Assembly: GCF_037042905.1 (NCBI RefSeq)
Contig: NC_087251.1
Span: 21,764,001-21,828,000, forward strand
Source of the DNA: Lytechinus pictus
Lineage: Eukaryota
DNA length: 64,000 nucleotides
Direction of reading: 5' to 3'
Shown: piece after piece, positions 40,022 to 52,457 of the stretch
How the letters are laid out: every line of letters starts with the position of its first letter
How positions within the stretch are numbered: position 1 is the first letter of the stretch
The notes under the pieces: generated by a model
Databases searched by the model: none
The model's input: only the letters and a program-made list of their open reading frames with translations
What the model was told of the DNA's origin: nothing
Program-made: the position numbers and the translations under genes

Positions 40022-40668
40022 AATTGCCTTGCCTGAACGTAGTTCGGCAGAGACCTAGGGTTATACCACATGTGTGTCCGTGAAGATAATGGGACAGAGG
40101 TCATCTAGGGGTCAAAAGGTCAAAAGATATGAGGTCATGTTCATCCTTTTTTGAAGTTTTTTTGCAACTTGTTCTCATTTCTTTATTTTTGCATAAATTT
40201 TGATCACACTTGGTTCAAATAATCATTGGGTAATGCCACATGTGTGTTTTGAGGATGATAGGGTTAGAGGTCATCTAAGGGTCAAAAGGTCAAGTTTTTT
40301 TTAAATTGCTCTCATTTCTTTATTTCTGCATCAATTGTGTTTACACTTGGTACAAATGATCCTTGGGTAATACCACACGTGTGTTCATAAAGGATGATTT
40401 GGTCAAAGGTCATCTAGGGGTAAAAAGTTCAAATCATATGAGGTTATGTCCATCCTTTTTTCAAGTTTTTGTTCAACTTGCTCTCATTTGTTTATATCAG
40501 CATCAATTGTGTTTATACTCGGTACAAATGATCTTTGAGTATTACCACACATGTATGTGTTCTTGAGGATGATAAGGTCAAAGTTAATCTAGGGGTCAAA
40601 AGATCTTAGTGCATATTTTATTGATTGCGCAATCAGGCGAGACTCTTGGTTCATGAACCACCTTGTTT
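40022..40668 (+). mobile_element. HINE/Helentron-like element with four core repeats
   Basis: Subterminal IR ccttgcctga / tcaggcgaga. Cores (taccacatgtgtg...ggtcatctaggggtcaaaaggtc) at ~40063, 40233, 40370 and 40542. 3' hairpin tggttcatgaacca followed by cttgttt. Confidence 0.78.
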
Positions 40669-40925
40669 AAATTTGTACATGCATCTGAATGGAAAATGTT
40701 ACCAGAGCGACAGGACAATGCACCCCTACATACCCAATATTTTATTATTTCTTAATGTGTGACACCCCTCCTTTACTCCAAGCCCCTCAAACATCAAGGG
40801 GTGAGGGAATATTCAATTTCTATTAAACACTCACATCGGAGATAAGGAGGTGAATCCATAGATTCACAAGTCACTGTTGTTCCCTGGCAACTTGAGAGAT
40901 AGTCTGAACACAGCAGGGTATCTCC

Positions 40926-41154
40926 TAATACCTAGTTCCCACTTTTACGATTCGCGCCATGACTTAATCTGTGATCTTAATCGTGGAGTAATCATAGTGA
41001 TCGTGTCAGATCATATCAGATCATTACAGATCAGTCGGGGTAATCATACTGATTGAAGTAAAAATTTGAACGCTTCAAAAATTCTCATGATCAGTTACGG
41101 AAGGTCAATCGTAGCATTCATAAAGGATCGCACGACAGTGGGAACGAGGCATTA
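40926..41154. mobile_element. Harbinger-like MITE relic
   Basis: taatacctagttcccact / agtgggaacgaggcatta ends, with internal gatc/aatc repeats. Confidence 0.7.
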
Positions 41155-43048
41155 CTTGACTTCACCTTTCAATCTCATCCTGAGATTGTACTATTTGTAA
41201 GTGGGTTTGATGAATATTGGGAGATGATGATAAGCTCCTTAGCCCAATTTGTGATCTTAATCCTAGTTTTGATCCTGGCAATGATACCTGAAGATGACCA
41301 CTGGGCATGGGTGGAGTAAAGATATGAAAGGAAAACAATAAAATGGATAGAGCTTATTCAGAGAAAAGTGAAGTGGATTTTGAATTAGAATGAAGGGGGG
41401 GGGGGTGATAGAACAGTCAGAGCTATACAGAAATTAGATTAGACCAAATGAAAATAGAGAAAATATGAGAGGTCTTTAACGACAGTGTATCTATACAGTA
41501 GCAATGATCATGTATGGTCCATGGTCTACTTATTCTACATTTTTATAGATGCAGTATCAATATTAGGACTCTGGTACATTAAAGCTCAGAGTATTCATAT
41601 TGTGGCTGCATGATGAAATATTCTGATTTTTACTGAAACAAATTCAGTTATTTTTTAAGTTCCAAAATTTGTCTACTTTGTAGTTTTATTTGGAACTCTG
41701 TTACATTATATTCAAACATATCGTCAGAGATTTTACGAAACGGCCTAAACCTTGGCTGGTCTCTAAAACAAGGTTTTCAGATAATCCCATCCAAAATTTG
41801 GATGTTCTTCCGGTGCTCATTAAATGGCACTTTAAAGGAAACCAGAGCAATTATTTATACCAGTATTAAGTATGAATTCTATAATTTATAATATGCAAAA
41901 TTTTTAAAAGTTAATTTTTCAATATTTGAAAAGAAGTGCAGATGGGCATTTCAGAAACATTTTACTCTTATGAAAATGGGGGGTTTATGTCACTTTGTAA
42001 AACCAGGCATATCATGAGGCATGTGCATAGTTTTTAGTAAGTATCATAAACCCCAATTTATGCCAGTTCATAACATCACAGCCTGCCATTCAGGAAACTG
42101 CTATTGTGTAGTAACAGAAGTTTTGGATGCTATGTGAAATCAGAGGAGGGGGTTGGTCCAGTTCAAACAAAATTTAAATTCTCTCTTATTCTCTAAATAA
42201 TATGAATTTTGATCTGAAATGCGGGAAGTCAACAGAGTTAAAGACATGCTTTCAGAATGTAACAAAAACTATAAAAAAAAAATTGACAGAAGATGAGGTT
42301 TAGGCCAGTTCATAAAATCACTGACAATATACGTAATGTGCTATGAAATTTGTATTTATTTTTATTTAACTAATCAATACATTAAATACATGAGAAATAA
42401 AGGGATTAAAAAGAGACACTGTTATAATAATTAGTTAATGTTAAATATGATAAAATATAAGAGGAGAGATTGATTCAAATTGGTAGTTTCAGCGCATTGA
42501 TAACAGTATACAAACAGACAAACAAGGATAGAAGACGAAAATCGAAGAAAAACTATTTAAAATGGCTGGAAGTAAAGTTTGCATGGAAAGGTCGATTTTA
42601 CTAATAATGCTATGTAAGGTTTAAAATGTAATATGAGAATGTAAGCTCTGTAGAAAAAAAAATGTATTAAATGTTATTTCTGTACAGTTTTTGCAAAATG
42701 GTGTCTTTTGGTAGAAAATTATTAGGTGCTAGTCTCATGAGTTGCAGTAATCCTTTTATTGATTCTATTCATGTATCCAGAGATGTCAATTGTTCTATTT
42801 CTTTCCTTTTTGTCTCGCCCACCAGAGGTGAAGGCGAGACTTAGGGATCCGAATGTCGTCCGTCGCCTGTCCGTCACAAACCTTATGACACAACTCTGCA
42901 ACCGTAAATCACTTTTCAACCAAACTAGGATGGTAGATGTACTTAGGGGACCTGCATGCTATTGTGTTGGGAGGTCACATGGTATGGTCAAAGTTCATTT
43001 TGAGGTCAACATTAAAGTTTACATGCAAGACTCTTATGACAAGTGTTA

Positions 43049-43511
43049 GAGGCTGTTCTCACTACGTTCCTAAAACTAGTTTACTGGGAACCGGTTCAGA
43101 AAGCCAGTTTGGAAGATCGCTTTGCTAGCGTTCTCACTTGATCACACGAAAGTGGTTTTCAAAATCACTTCACGTAAAGCGCTCTTGTTGCTATGGAAAC
43201 GCTGTCAGTGGGGTGACACGTTTCGCGCGAAATTCAAAACCGCAGCATAGGCATTCTACACTTGTCGTGCGGAGTAGCGCGCTCAAAATGTGCGAAGATC
43301 GCTTCCCGAAGAACGGTTGTGTCCTCACTTACGCTAAAACCAGTTTAACGAGGCAAAGCGATCTTGAAAACTTCATCGCGAGGTGGTTTTGCAAACTGGT
43401 TTGGAAGATCGCTTCCAAGACCGCTTTGACCGTTCTCACTACGCGTTAAACTAGTTTCCACTAAACTAGTTTCCAGTAAACTAGTTTTAGGAACGTAGTG
43501 AGAACGGCCTC
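43049..43511 (+). mobile_element. PIF/Harbinger-like MITE family B, copy 2
   Basis: TTA|gaggctgttctcactacgttcctaaaactagtttactgg ... ccagtaaactagttttaggaacgtagtgagaacggcctc|TTA. Confidence 0.92.
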
Positions 43512-43521
43512 TTATTCCATC

Positions 43522-44597
43522 TCAGTCAGTCGGCAAGCCCTGAAAAAGTAGCTTCTTTTATCCAAATGATATTCATGAGTGTTTTTGCATTGTTAATGAG
43601 CTTTGTGCGGACCAAAACACCTCTTTTTCTTCGGCCATTGCTGCTCTAAATATTAACCAAATTTCATGTTTTTGGTATCTTTATAAAGAAGAAAAATCAT
43701 TCTTTCAGGTCATGTGTTTGAATTTTTAAAAAGATGTAATATAGGGGAAACTTTTGATCTAAAACATGAAACAAAATAATTATTTTCATGCAACAAAAGT
43801 TGTTGTTTTTACCCTTAATTTCTGTTTGAGCACAAAATTATTTTTAAATTATGATAAAGCTGAAGATCTAAGCTTTAATATGATATGATTTTTATAAGAA
43901 GAGGTATTTTAGATGGGTCAGCAGCCAGCTTTTCATAGGCCAAGTACATTTAGCAGCTCAAAAAGAAGAATACTGTGCTCTGATTGGTCATAGAGACCAC
44001 ACACCCACGCAAATTCCAATGTTCCCCACACTGGGCCTCTGAAGGTCACACTCACCATGTGGAAATCTCTTCAAATTAACCGCGCCTGTTGTTTTGAAAA
44101 CATTATTCAGCCAATCAGAACTCTAGATTTTATGCTACTCAGAAATTTCAGAAAACTCGTCTTGCATCTTGATTGAAAAGGCTGGCTGCTGACCCATCTA
44201 AAAGGTGCCACATATCAAGAGTGACATTGTATGAAAGTAGAGAGTTTGAGCTTTCTAATGATATGAATAATGTTTGTGCCCAAAACACAAAATTTTGCAC
44301 AATTTGCAAGAGAAAACTGAGAAAGAAAACTCTGTTTGAGGCCTCTTTTCAGGCCTGAAATTCACCTATTTATCAAAATATTTTATTCAAAAGAAATAAC
44401 CAGTATAAAAGAGTAACGTTCACTCTTTCCTATGGTACAAAAATAATCAATTCTACTCAAAGAGAAAATGGTTAAATTCTTTGAGAAAAAAGTCTCACAA
44501 TTCACAAGATTTTGTAGGGATATGAATTCAGCCACGAGAGGACTTGGATAAATCTTGCTCATTTGCTCATTAACACAGGGGCTTGCAGACTGACTGA
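43522..44597. mobile_element. Unclassified TIR element, ~1.08 kb
   Basis: TIR tcagtcagtcggcaagccctg / caggggcttgcagactgactga. Internal IR gatgggtcagcagccagcttttca (~43912) / tgaaaaggctggctgctgacccatc (~44174). Flanked by TC on both sides. Confidence 0.8.
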
Positions 44598-47450
44598 TCC
44601 CAGTCATTTCACAATGAAGTTTCGATATAATTCCGTTGCGTGCCCTCGCAAATCACGATATTTCTGGTTATTTTCATGAGTGGGCGAGACACAAAATCGC
44701 TTTTGCCTTGTCTTCTATTTAGAAGTCTGCTTCTCTGTTCTCTTTCTGTTTCTGTGCGAGAGTGTATAAGTTTCCATTTGATTAAAGAATTAGCAAAAAA
44801 AAAAGCTCAAAAGTGTCATACTTCATCAAAAGAAAACCCACCATCAGCCATAAAAATAAAGGAGGTTTATTCAAGTTTCCATAGATCCACGAGTTTCAAC
44901 CCAGTTTTCACAAAATCGGTCACTTAAAGACCATAACCAATGTACAGTATCTTTGAACAATGACAAGATTGGTTAGCAAATTGCATTCTATTTCACTATT
45001 TGAATATGATTCATTATAGATCTTGAAGGCATGCTGTGGATCCACTTTCACATCAAATTCAGTGTTCATACTGCACCTGCTGTTTAGTTTTTACTGGAAC
45101 CGGATGTTCCCTATAAGAAGACTATAGCCTTCCCATAGATGGGAATGAAAAATTTCAGTAAAGTCTATAAATGTCTATTTCACATATTTGAATATTATGT
45201 AGAGTAGATTTTGACAACATGTTGCCGAATGACTTTTACACGAGTCCTACAGTAATGTTTAAACTTTACATTGTCTAGTGGAATCAGGGTGGTCCCTATA
45301 GAAAGGCTGTTGGAATAACTGAATGTTAATTGTCAACATGTTAACCCCATTTGTTTATTGTGGTCATTCTTCACTTACATTCTGTTCTACATACTGCTTA
45401 CCATCCATTAATTCCTCCATAGCCTCATCTCTGAATTATTTCTTCAATCATGAAAATGAATTAGAATGGACATTTGTTTTCGGACACAGATCAAGTGAAA
45501 CCAGGGCTGCACATGATAGGCAGATAGCATTCACACCTCTATGTGATTCAGACCTTGATCATGTCCCAGTTTTCAGTGTAAGTGTGATTCCCATGAGGTG
45601 GTTTAATTAAAATGCTGGTATGCAAGACAGCCATGTTTGAGATGATATTCACAAAAGCTAGGTTCACACAAGACTTTCTATAAAAATACAAGTGTTGGTT
45701 ATAGTCTTTGAGGTTATCATGTTGGCCAGAACCCTGCTAATGATTTAAGAATATTGTTTTTTTCTAAAGATAAATAAGGCTCAATCAGATTCATTGATCA
45801 CCAGCAATATAATTTATTGCAATCACTGCAAGTGTCTGTGAAGGTCATTGACAGTTGGTATTTTTATGGTGGTCTTGAGCTACATTCTCTGGCAGATCAT
45901 TGCTTGCTTAGGTCACGCAGATTTCAAGTTTCAACTCTCATTTCTATGTGAACATGCTCTTTGATGTGTTAGGAGACTTGCCTTGAAGAGGCTCCAAAAC
46001 ACATTCTTTGTAATTCTTTGTAAGAGAATGAAATAACATTGGTATGATTCACTAAACCTTTATGTTCTACAAGAAAGTAACCTGAACATTGATTGAAGAT
46101 AGGTGTTATGATTAGTTAAGAGGGTGGAAACTTTTGATGAGTTTGATCTGATGGTAGATGGTGAATTTAATTTATTAAGAAGTATTCCTAGATTGCATTC
46201 AAACCATGATCTTCTGAAAATGACACATTTTGAAACATGTCTATTCTAAAACGATGTTGGATTGTTTTAGAATGCAAACATGATATACAAAAAATACATG
46301 TTTGTACCAGAATCCTCTGAATGCAACCACCAAGTTCTCACTTATGTTTATGAATATGAATACCGTACATTGCTATCCCACACAAATGGTTGACCCATTG
46401 ACCTTTATTCACTGTATCAAATATGCCATGCCAAAGGAAAATTTTAGTGTGATAAAAATCTCCCATAATTGCTGATATGATATTAGCAATAATGTCAGGT
46501 GATCTCTGTACATAGTCAACTGGAAATTTGAATCAAATTATTGTACCGCATGAAAATTTGAAATCGATACAACAAATTCCTAATACTCCAATGCATGTAG
46601 ATGTACGGAAATTATCTCTGTATTTTGTTCTGGAGTATTTTACCTTTGCCCCCTTCACATACAGTTTGCCAGTTATCTGAAGAAAAAAAATATGACTGAG
46701 AAAATACAATCTTCATAAAACTGATTTGTGACCATCACAGTTGTCTCTCATTTTATAACATTTAGGACAAAAGAAATGTTTCCAGAATACCACCTCTGAC
46801 TGACCCCTGATTCCCACCTTGGTCAAAACATTTTAATATTGCATCAATATAAACAAGGGTTTTAATATTTTGCCAATTTGCATCAATAATACTATACTGT
46901 AATATTGTGGTATTGATGTATATGAGCAGGGTATTTTTGTTAAAGGGCATACTGTCCTTTAAATAACTTTACACATTTATTGCAGTCAATAAACCATGCT
47001 TCTCCAACAATATCGACCCAATATGCAATGGTCACGACCTTTCTACAAGTGACACTTGATGGGTTTCCATAAATTGCTTTGTGTAAGTCAGAGGGGTTGA
47101 TTCACAAAGATTTAAATGTCACTTCAAATCCAGTTTAAATTTACAGTTTGCCTGCAGTATCGTGGAGGTATTCACATGTTCACTCTATATATCACTTCAT
47201 ATATTTTCCTTTATGTTTATGAGGCATTATTAATAGATGAAATAGGGCTTTGTGTCATGTTCTAAATGCTGGTGCATTCTTTCTAATTTTGTAATGTTAT
47301 AAACCTAGAAATGTGCAATTTGAGTTCTTTAAAAGCTCTAATAGACTGGAATTTATTCTCAATCCCATGGAAGGTAGAAGCTTAATAGTATGACCATGAT
47401 CTATGTTTGTCATTCATATTTCAAAATTTGGGTCTACTCTTTAAAAATTA

Positions 47451-47630
47451 CACTCTAAAAAACAAAGAGCTAATTCAGCTCTTAAAGAGCGTGAATAGTG
47501 ACTGCACTTCGGAGTACTGATTTGTCTAGTTCACATTTGAATGAAAAAAATCAGCACTCCGAAGTGCAGTCACTATACACGCTCTTTTAGAGCTAAATTA
47601 GCTCTTTGTAGCTCAGCGTATTTTAGAGTG
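47451..47630. mobile_element. Palindromic MITE with CACT termini (CMC/EnSpm-like)
   Basis: TA|cactctaaaa ... ttttagagtg|TA; internal IR tagtgactgcacttcggagt / actccgaagtgcagtcacta. Confidence 0.85.
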
Positions 47631-47734
47631 TAGGTGTAAACATTCCCATATTAGAGGAGTTCTCATGCAGTGAGAGCCCAGATACTATTGATTATTATTT
47701 CATAATATTGGCTGTCTTTAAAAATCTGATTCCT

Positions 47735-47907
47735 GGGGGCCGTTTCATAAAGCTGTTCGTAAGTTAAGAGCGACTTTAAGAATGACTGGTGATCCTTTCT
47801 TACGCGCAAAACCATCGCTAATGAATATACCATTTGCCATTAGAAAAGATCACCAGTCGTTCTTAAAGTTGCTCTTAACTTGCGAACAGCTTTATGAAAC
47901 ACCCACC
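47735..47907. mobile_element. Palindromic Harbinger-like MITE
   Basis: gtttcataaagctgttcgtaagttaagagcgactttaagaatgactggtgatc and its near-exact reverse complement. Confidence 0.88.
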
Positions 47908-47946
47908 ACTTGTATTATTAGGTCTGAATATTGACCAGTAGTTTAA

Positions 47947-48881
47947 GGACGTTCCACAGTTATATTTGTGCGCATTATGATCTGCGCATAGTTTACACTC
48001 TGCGCGCTGACGTCACAATGGATGAACAGGTATTAATTAGCTGCGGGTATGAGCTGATTTTTCTCATCTTCTGCACTTTAACTGCAGATCCGATGCGTTA
48101 TTTCATGAAGCTAAAAAATTGAATTATTCCATGGACCATTCAAAAAAATATTCTCTACAATTTCAAAATACTTTACTCTGCAGTGCTGCCAAGAATCACG
48201 AATATTAGCCCGAGTTTGAATAAATGGTAGAGTGGTTTTGATTTTTTCTTCACATAGATACTAAGCATTCTGCCCATTTTTTGTGTTTTAAAAAGCACAT
48301 TTGCTCTAATAAAAATGCTGATAGTTTAAAAACAAGCACATGAACCCCTATTTTTTAATGTTTGTACCTCTTAGGTATACCTTCCTCTACAACTCTGCAA
48401 ATTTTGGTGAAAATGACATGGATTTTGAATAAAGTGCAGCATTTATTGTACGTTTGTAGTTTGTTACTGAAATTTTACATTTTTCAGATTGGGATTTTGT
48501 TATCTTTTACGCCATTTTTAAGAACTGACAGTGCTGTTAAACTTAAAATTGCAAACAAATAGCACTATTAATAGATTCTCCATTCTAACGATACAATTAT
48601 TAACTCTCTTGCGAAATTTGATGACTTTTTCATGTATTTTGAATGAGTAATGGAGGTTTAAACTCATTGTAGTAATCTTGGGCGGTCTAAAAATGCAAAA
48701 TTCTTTTGAATGCGCAATTCTTAAAAACATCAATTTGGGTGAACTTTGAAGCTCTATAGCAAAAAATCAAGCACATGGACCTATGTTAATTTTTGCATAT
48801 TTCGAATATTAAGGTTCTAAAGTATCTATGTGCAAAGTTTGGTGAAAATGACATGGATTTCACTTTAACTGTGGAACGTCC
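47947..48881. mobile_element. TTAA-type non-autonomous transposon (Kolobok-like), 935 bp
   Basis: TTAA|ggacgttccacagtta ... taactgtggaacgtcc|TTAA; internal direct repeat tttggtgaaaatgacatggattt at ~48402 and ~48838. Confidence 0.9.
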
Positions 48882-49384
48882 TTAAGGGGGGTTATTTCAA
48901 TGATCAAGGACACTCTTTGTACAAAATATTACAAGTTGTAATTGTATTCCTTTGTAGGTTGTTGATGTTAGCATTTTGCTCAACTTAATTTGATCTGTGG
49001 TCATTTTTATGTACGTGATAAAATTTGCCATGCTTTCAAAGGAAGGTAAAACTTTCTTAAATTTTCAAGTAATTTTAATGATTTTTTCTGCTGAAATTTT
49101 CTTCCTTTTTATTTGTATCAATCTTATTTTTAACAAAAGGGTTGTGAATATTCTGATCACAAACGTAGTGCCCATTGATTATAATGGTAATGAGGCTGAG
49201 TCGAATGCAGTGTCGTCACTGCAGTTGTCGGTGTTGGTCAGAACCTTCTACCACTCAGAACTTCTCCCACTATACACAAACAAACAAACAAAATACTACA
49301 ATATTGACCAACAGACAGGCAATTGTGGTTTGAACAATATACTGTTATTGTTTAAGCCATGAAAACAGTTGTACATGTACCAAC

Positions 49385-49715
49385 CTTTTGGGGTGTGATC
49401 TTACACCCTTAAGTGGAAAAAGGTGCAAAAATTCACCTTTGTATTATCATTTGAACCAAGAATTGCTTGTGTGTTCCCTGCAAAGATGTAGCTTTTCACC
49501 TTTTAAGGTGCATAATACTTGACATTGAACAAGTCTTAAATTTAAACCCTTATTACATGGTTCATTTCTGCACCCTATAGGGTGCTTAGTATACCAAACT
49601 GCACCCTTAAATGTGCACAAATCAGCATAATTGCACCCATTTGCACCCCTTGATGTGCTGCTATTTTACCAACCAACCCCTAGATTTCGAATTTGAACCC
49701 CTATTTCTTAGGGTA
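49385..49715. repeat. Degenerate element with repeated (g)caccc / ggtg motifs (probable CACTA-type relic)
   Basis: Many gcaccc/ggtgc motifs in both orientations; termini not recoverable. Confidence 0.4.
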
Positions 49716-49932
49716 TACCCATATTCATGAAACAGTATATGTGATATCTACATGAGATGTGAACTTGTTATTTTCAGAATTTTTTTAATTTAGTGCCAAC
49801 AAATGAGACACAAACCAAACAATACCCCTCCCTTCCATCATCAAAAGGGCATATTTTAAAGCCATTTTTTTTTGTTTGTTTGTTTGGGGGGGGGCATAAT
49901 TATCTGCATGAGTGAGCATGTAAAGGCAAATT

Positions 49933-50232
49933 GAGGGCATCGTGGTCTAGTAGTTGCAACTCTTGTCTTTCAATCTGAGGGAGGTAAGTCCGAATCCCAG
50001 CCATGGTGTTTTTCCTTCATTAATTTGCCCACATTGTGATGCACTCGACCCAGGTAAGGTGAATGGGTACTCAGTAGGATATATACCTTCAATTCTTTAG
50101 TGCAAATATGGTGGCTCAGCTACAGCCAGGGTAATAATATGATACCAAGTATCAAGCGCAATACAGTATATGGAATTATAGAAGCTGAGCTATGTAAATG
50201 GACCATGTTATTATTGTTATCATTATTATTAT
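49933..50232 (+). mobile_element. tRNA-derived SINE, diverged full length
   Basis: A box cgtggtctagtagtt, B-box-like gtccgaatcccagccatgg, core gcactcgacccaggtaaggtgaatgggtac and (TTA)n tail. Confidence 0.8.
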
Positions 50233-51410
50233 AGATTGTGTCTCGTCAAAAGGTACAAGGGAGAGAGAGAGAGACAGAGGGTGAAACGGGGGGGGGGGGG
50301 GGGGGGGGATAGAGAGAGAAAATAAGGATAAAGAGGAGAGAAATTAAGCTGTTTATTTATTGTTATATTGGTTTTTTTTTAGTCTTTGTGTATCTAACCC
50401 ATATTATTTTTTTGTCTGTTTGGTAAACAAAAAATTGAACATATCTGAGATATTAGTATTTATACACTGCAACAGGAAAAAAAAGCATACAGGTTATCTT
50501 GATTGATTTGTACCCTGATTTTCAATGCTATAGTGGACGTATTTTCTCTTATTTTAAGGAAAACGAGTAAATGGCAATCAAACTGCTCCTAAATTGCAAC
50601 ATCTCATACCAGAATGTTCAGGGAATGTCATGTCCTACTCATTCCGTTATCCGTTATGTCTCGTTGGCGCAGTATCTTTCCGGTTGCAAACTCATAGTGC
50701 AGCTAATACTCGTTCATCCTTAGGTTCTACTGTGGCAAACGACAGTAGATCATAAAAAGAATTCCATTATATCCTTGTAGATACAGCATCAAGGAATATA
50801 AAGCTATTATTCTTAGGTCTTTCTTGGCAATATTGCTCTGAAGCTGGCAGCCCTTTTTTTTATGGTTTTGTACTACTATTGGGTGGAGGTTTACGGCCAT
50901 AATGTGCTTTTTATTGCACAGGATGCGTGCTTTATTATGTGGAATCGGTTGGCATTTTCTGTTGGTTTTTTCCCCTCTTCTTCATGGTTTTGTAATACCT
51001 GGTTCATAAGTGTGTTTTGGATGGAGGATGGAGCATGACATTTAGAGGTTATAATAGTTCTTATGAAATGTACTGAACTTCTGAATGGTAGCAATTGGTT
51101 AATAGGATGGTCTAATAATTTCAGTGCTGGCAGTAATCTTGCCTTGTATTAATACATACTTATTTGTGTATTGTCCATAATAGCTTATTCAAATGTAAGT
51201 GTGAAAAGTTTAATATATTTCACACATTCCTCGAGGTGAGATACAGGCACAGTGTATGGTTAACTTCAATTATTTTTTTGTCGGTATGTTAAATGCCTTC
51301 CATTTCATATATAAAATCTTCAGGTTTTGCTGTTTATACACTAAGTGAAAGGAGAAATATAGGAGAAGCAGAATGATGAGATTTTAAAGGAAATTGGAAA
51401 AGGAATATGA

Positions 51411-51781
51411 AGTAATAATAGTTTGAAAGATGGGATCACAAAAATTATGTAAACCTCAATTTGCAACCCAGTTAGTTGATTGTGAGAAGAAGTTGGAAGT
51501 ACATTCCGCATTTGTCCTCTACTTAATTTTAGAATTTGTTATTTTCTCCTCAAAGTACCTATTTCTGTTGAATGATAATCAATACAGGAAATTTGAAAAG
51601 GAAAAAAAGTAATAACAGTTTGAAAAATGGGATCACAAAAATTATGTAAACCTCAATGTAAAACCCAGTTGGTTAATTGTGAGAAGTAGTTGGGAGTAAA
51701 TACCCGGATGTCCTCTACTTAATTATAAAATTTGTGATTTACTCCTCAAAGTACCTATTCCTGTGGAATGATAATCAATAC
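51411..51781 (+). repeat. Two-copy tandem duplication, 197-bp period
   Basis: agtaataa.agtttgaaa.atgggatcacaaaaattatgtaaacctcaat...aatgataatcaatac at 51411 and 51608. Confidence 0.9.
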
Positions 51782-51860
51782 TGATTAGGCAGTATAATAA
51801 TAGATAATGATAATGATTAGTTTATGTAGCGCTTAATACACCTGGCTTGTTTCTAATTGC

Positions 51861-52194
51861 TTTTGACTCTCTAATTTACTCCATTGGCTCTCTTTTAATA
51901 GATAAGCAGTTTTCAGCAGCTTTTTTCTGCCATTGATCTCCTTTTCTGCTGTTGTATCACTCTCATGTGATCCTCCTTATCTATTTGTCTTGTTTTATCC
52001 ATATAGGTTTGATTTTTCTGTATTTGTATTCTAGTGTTTCCTTATTTCTCTAATGCCCCTTTTGTCTCCTTGATTCTAGTGTTGCTGTTGCATGTCTATG
52101 GTCTATTATGTTTGTTCCACTTTATAATATGTTTGTCATTTTGCCTCCAACGAAGATTCTGCTAGGATCGAAAGCTTAGGCCCCTTTTGACTCT
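51861..52194 (+). mobile_element. Penelope-like pseudo-LTR relic with degenerate minimal hammerhead motif
   Basis: Bounded by the direct repeat ttttgactct (51861-51870 and 52185-52194). T-rich body with gcctccaacgaagattctgctaggatcgaaagcttaggc at 52143-52181. Confidence 0.55.
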
Positions 52195-52254
52195 GCTTTA
52201 TATTACAATCATTATTTATCCCAGTCATGGGATCCTTCATGCCCATATACAAAG

Positions 52255-52442
52255 TATGTACTTTCTCCACTCCCTGGGGAGCATTCCAACAAGATTTCCA
52301 AGATTCGATTGCAAGGCATACTACATATAGGTTTTCTCATCCCACTAGGTTCCCATGTAACACCTGGGTGGAGATTGGCAAAGTGTGGATTGACACCGTG
52401 CCATAAAGGATGCTAGACCGTGGTGGGAGTCAAACACACGAC
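52255..52442 (-). mobile_element. Diverged tRNA-derived SINE, 5' truncated
   Basis: Minus strand reads gtcgtgtgtttgactcccaccacggtctagcatcc...gtcaatccacactttgccaatctccacccaggtg, similar to 58749-58837. Confidence 0.7.
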
Positions 52443-52457
52443 AAGGCAAGAGCCAGA

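Larger units (their letters stand above)
42807..44711 (+). mobile_element. HINE/Helentron-like host element carrying two insertions
   Basis: Subterminal IR tgtctcgcccac (42811-42822) / gtgggcgagaca (44680-44691); gtcgtccgtc repeat; ends ccttgt. Confidence 0.8.

Noticed and set aside
43138..43449. ORF inside family B MITE as a transposase
   Set aside because: Short, with no DDE or Myb/SANT features; the element is non-autonomous.
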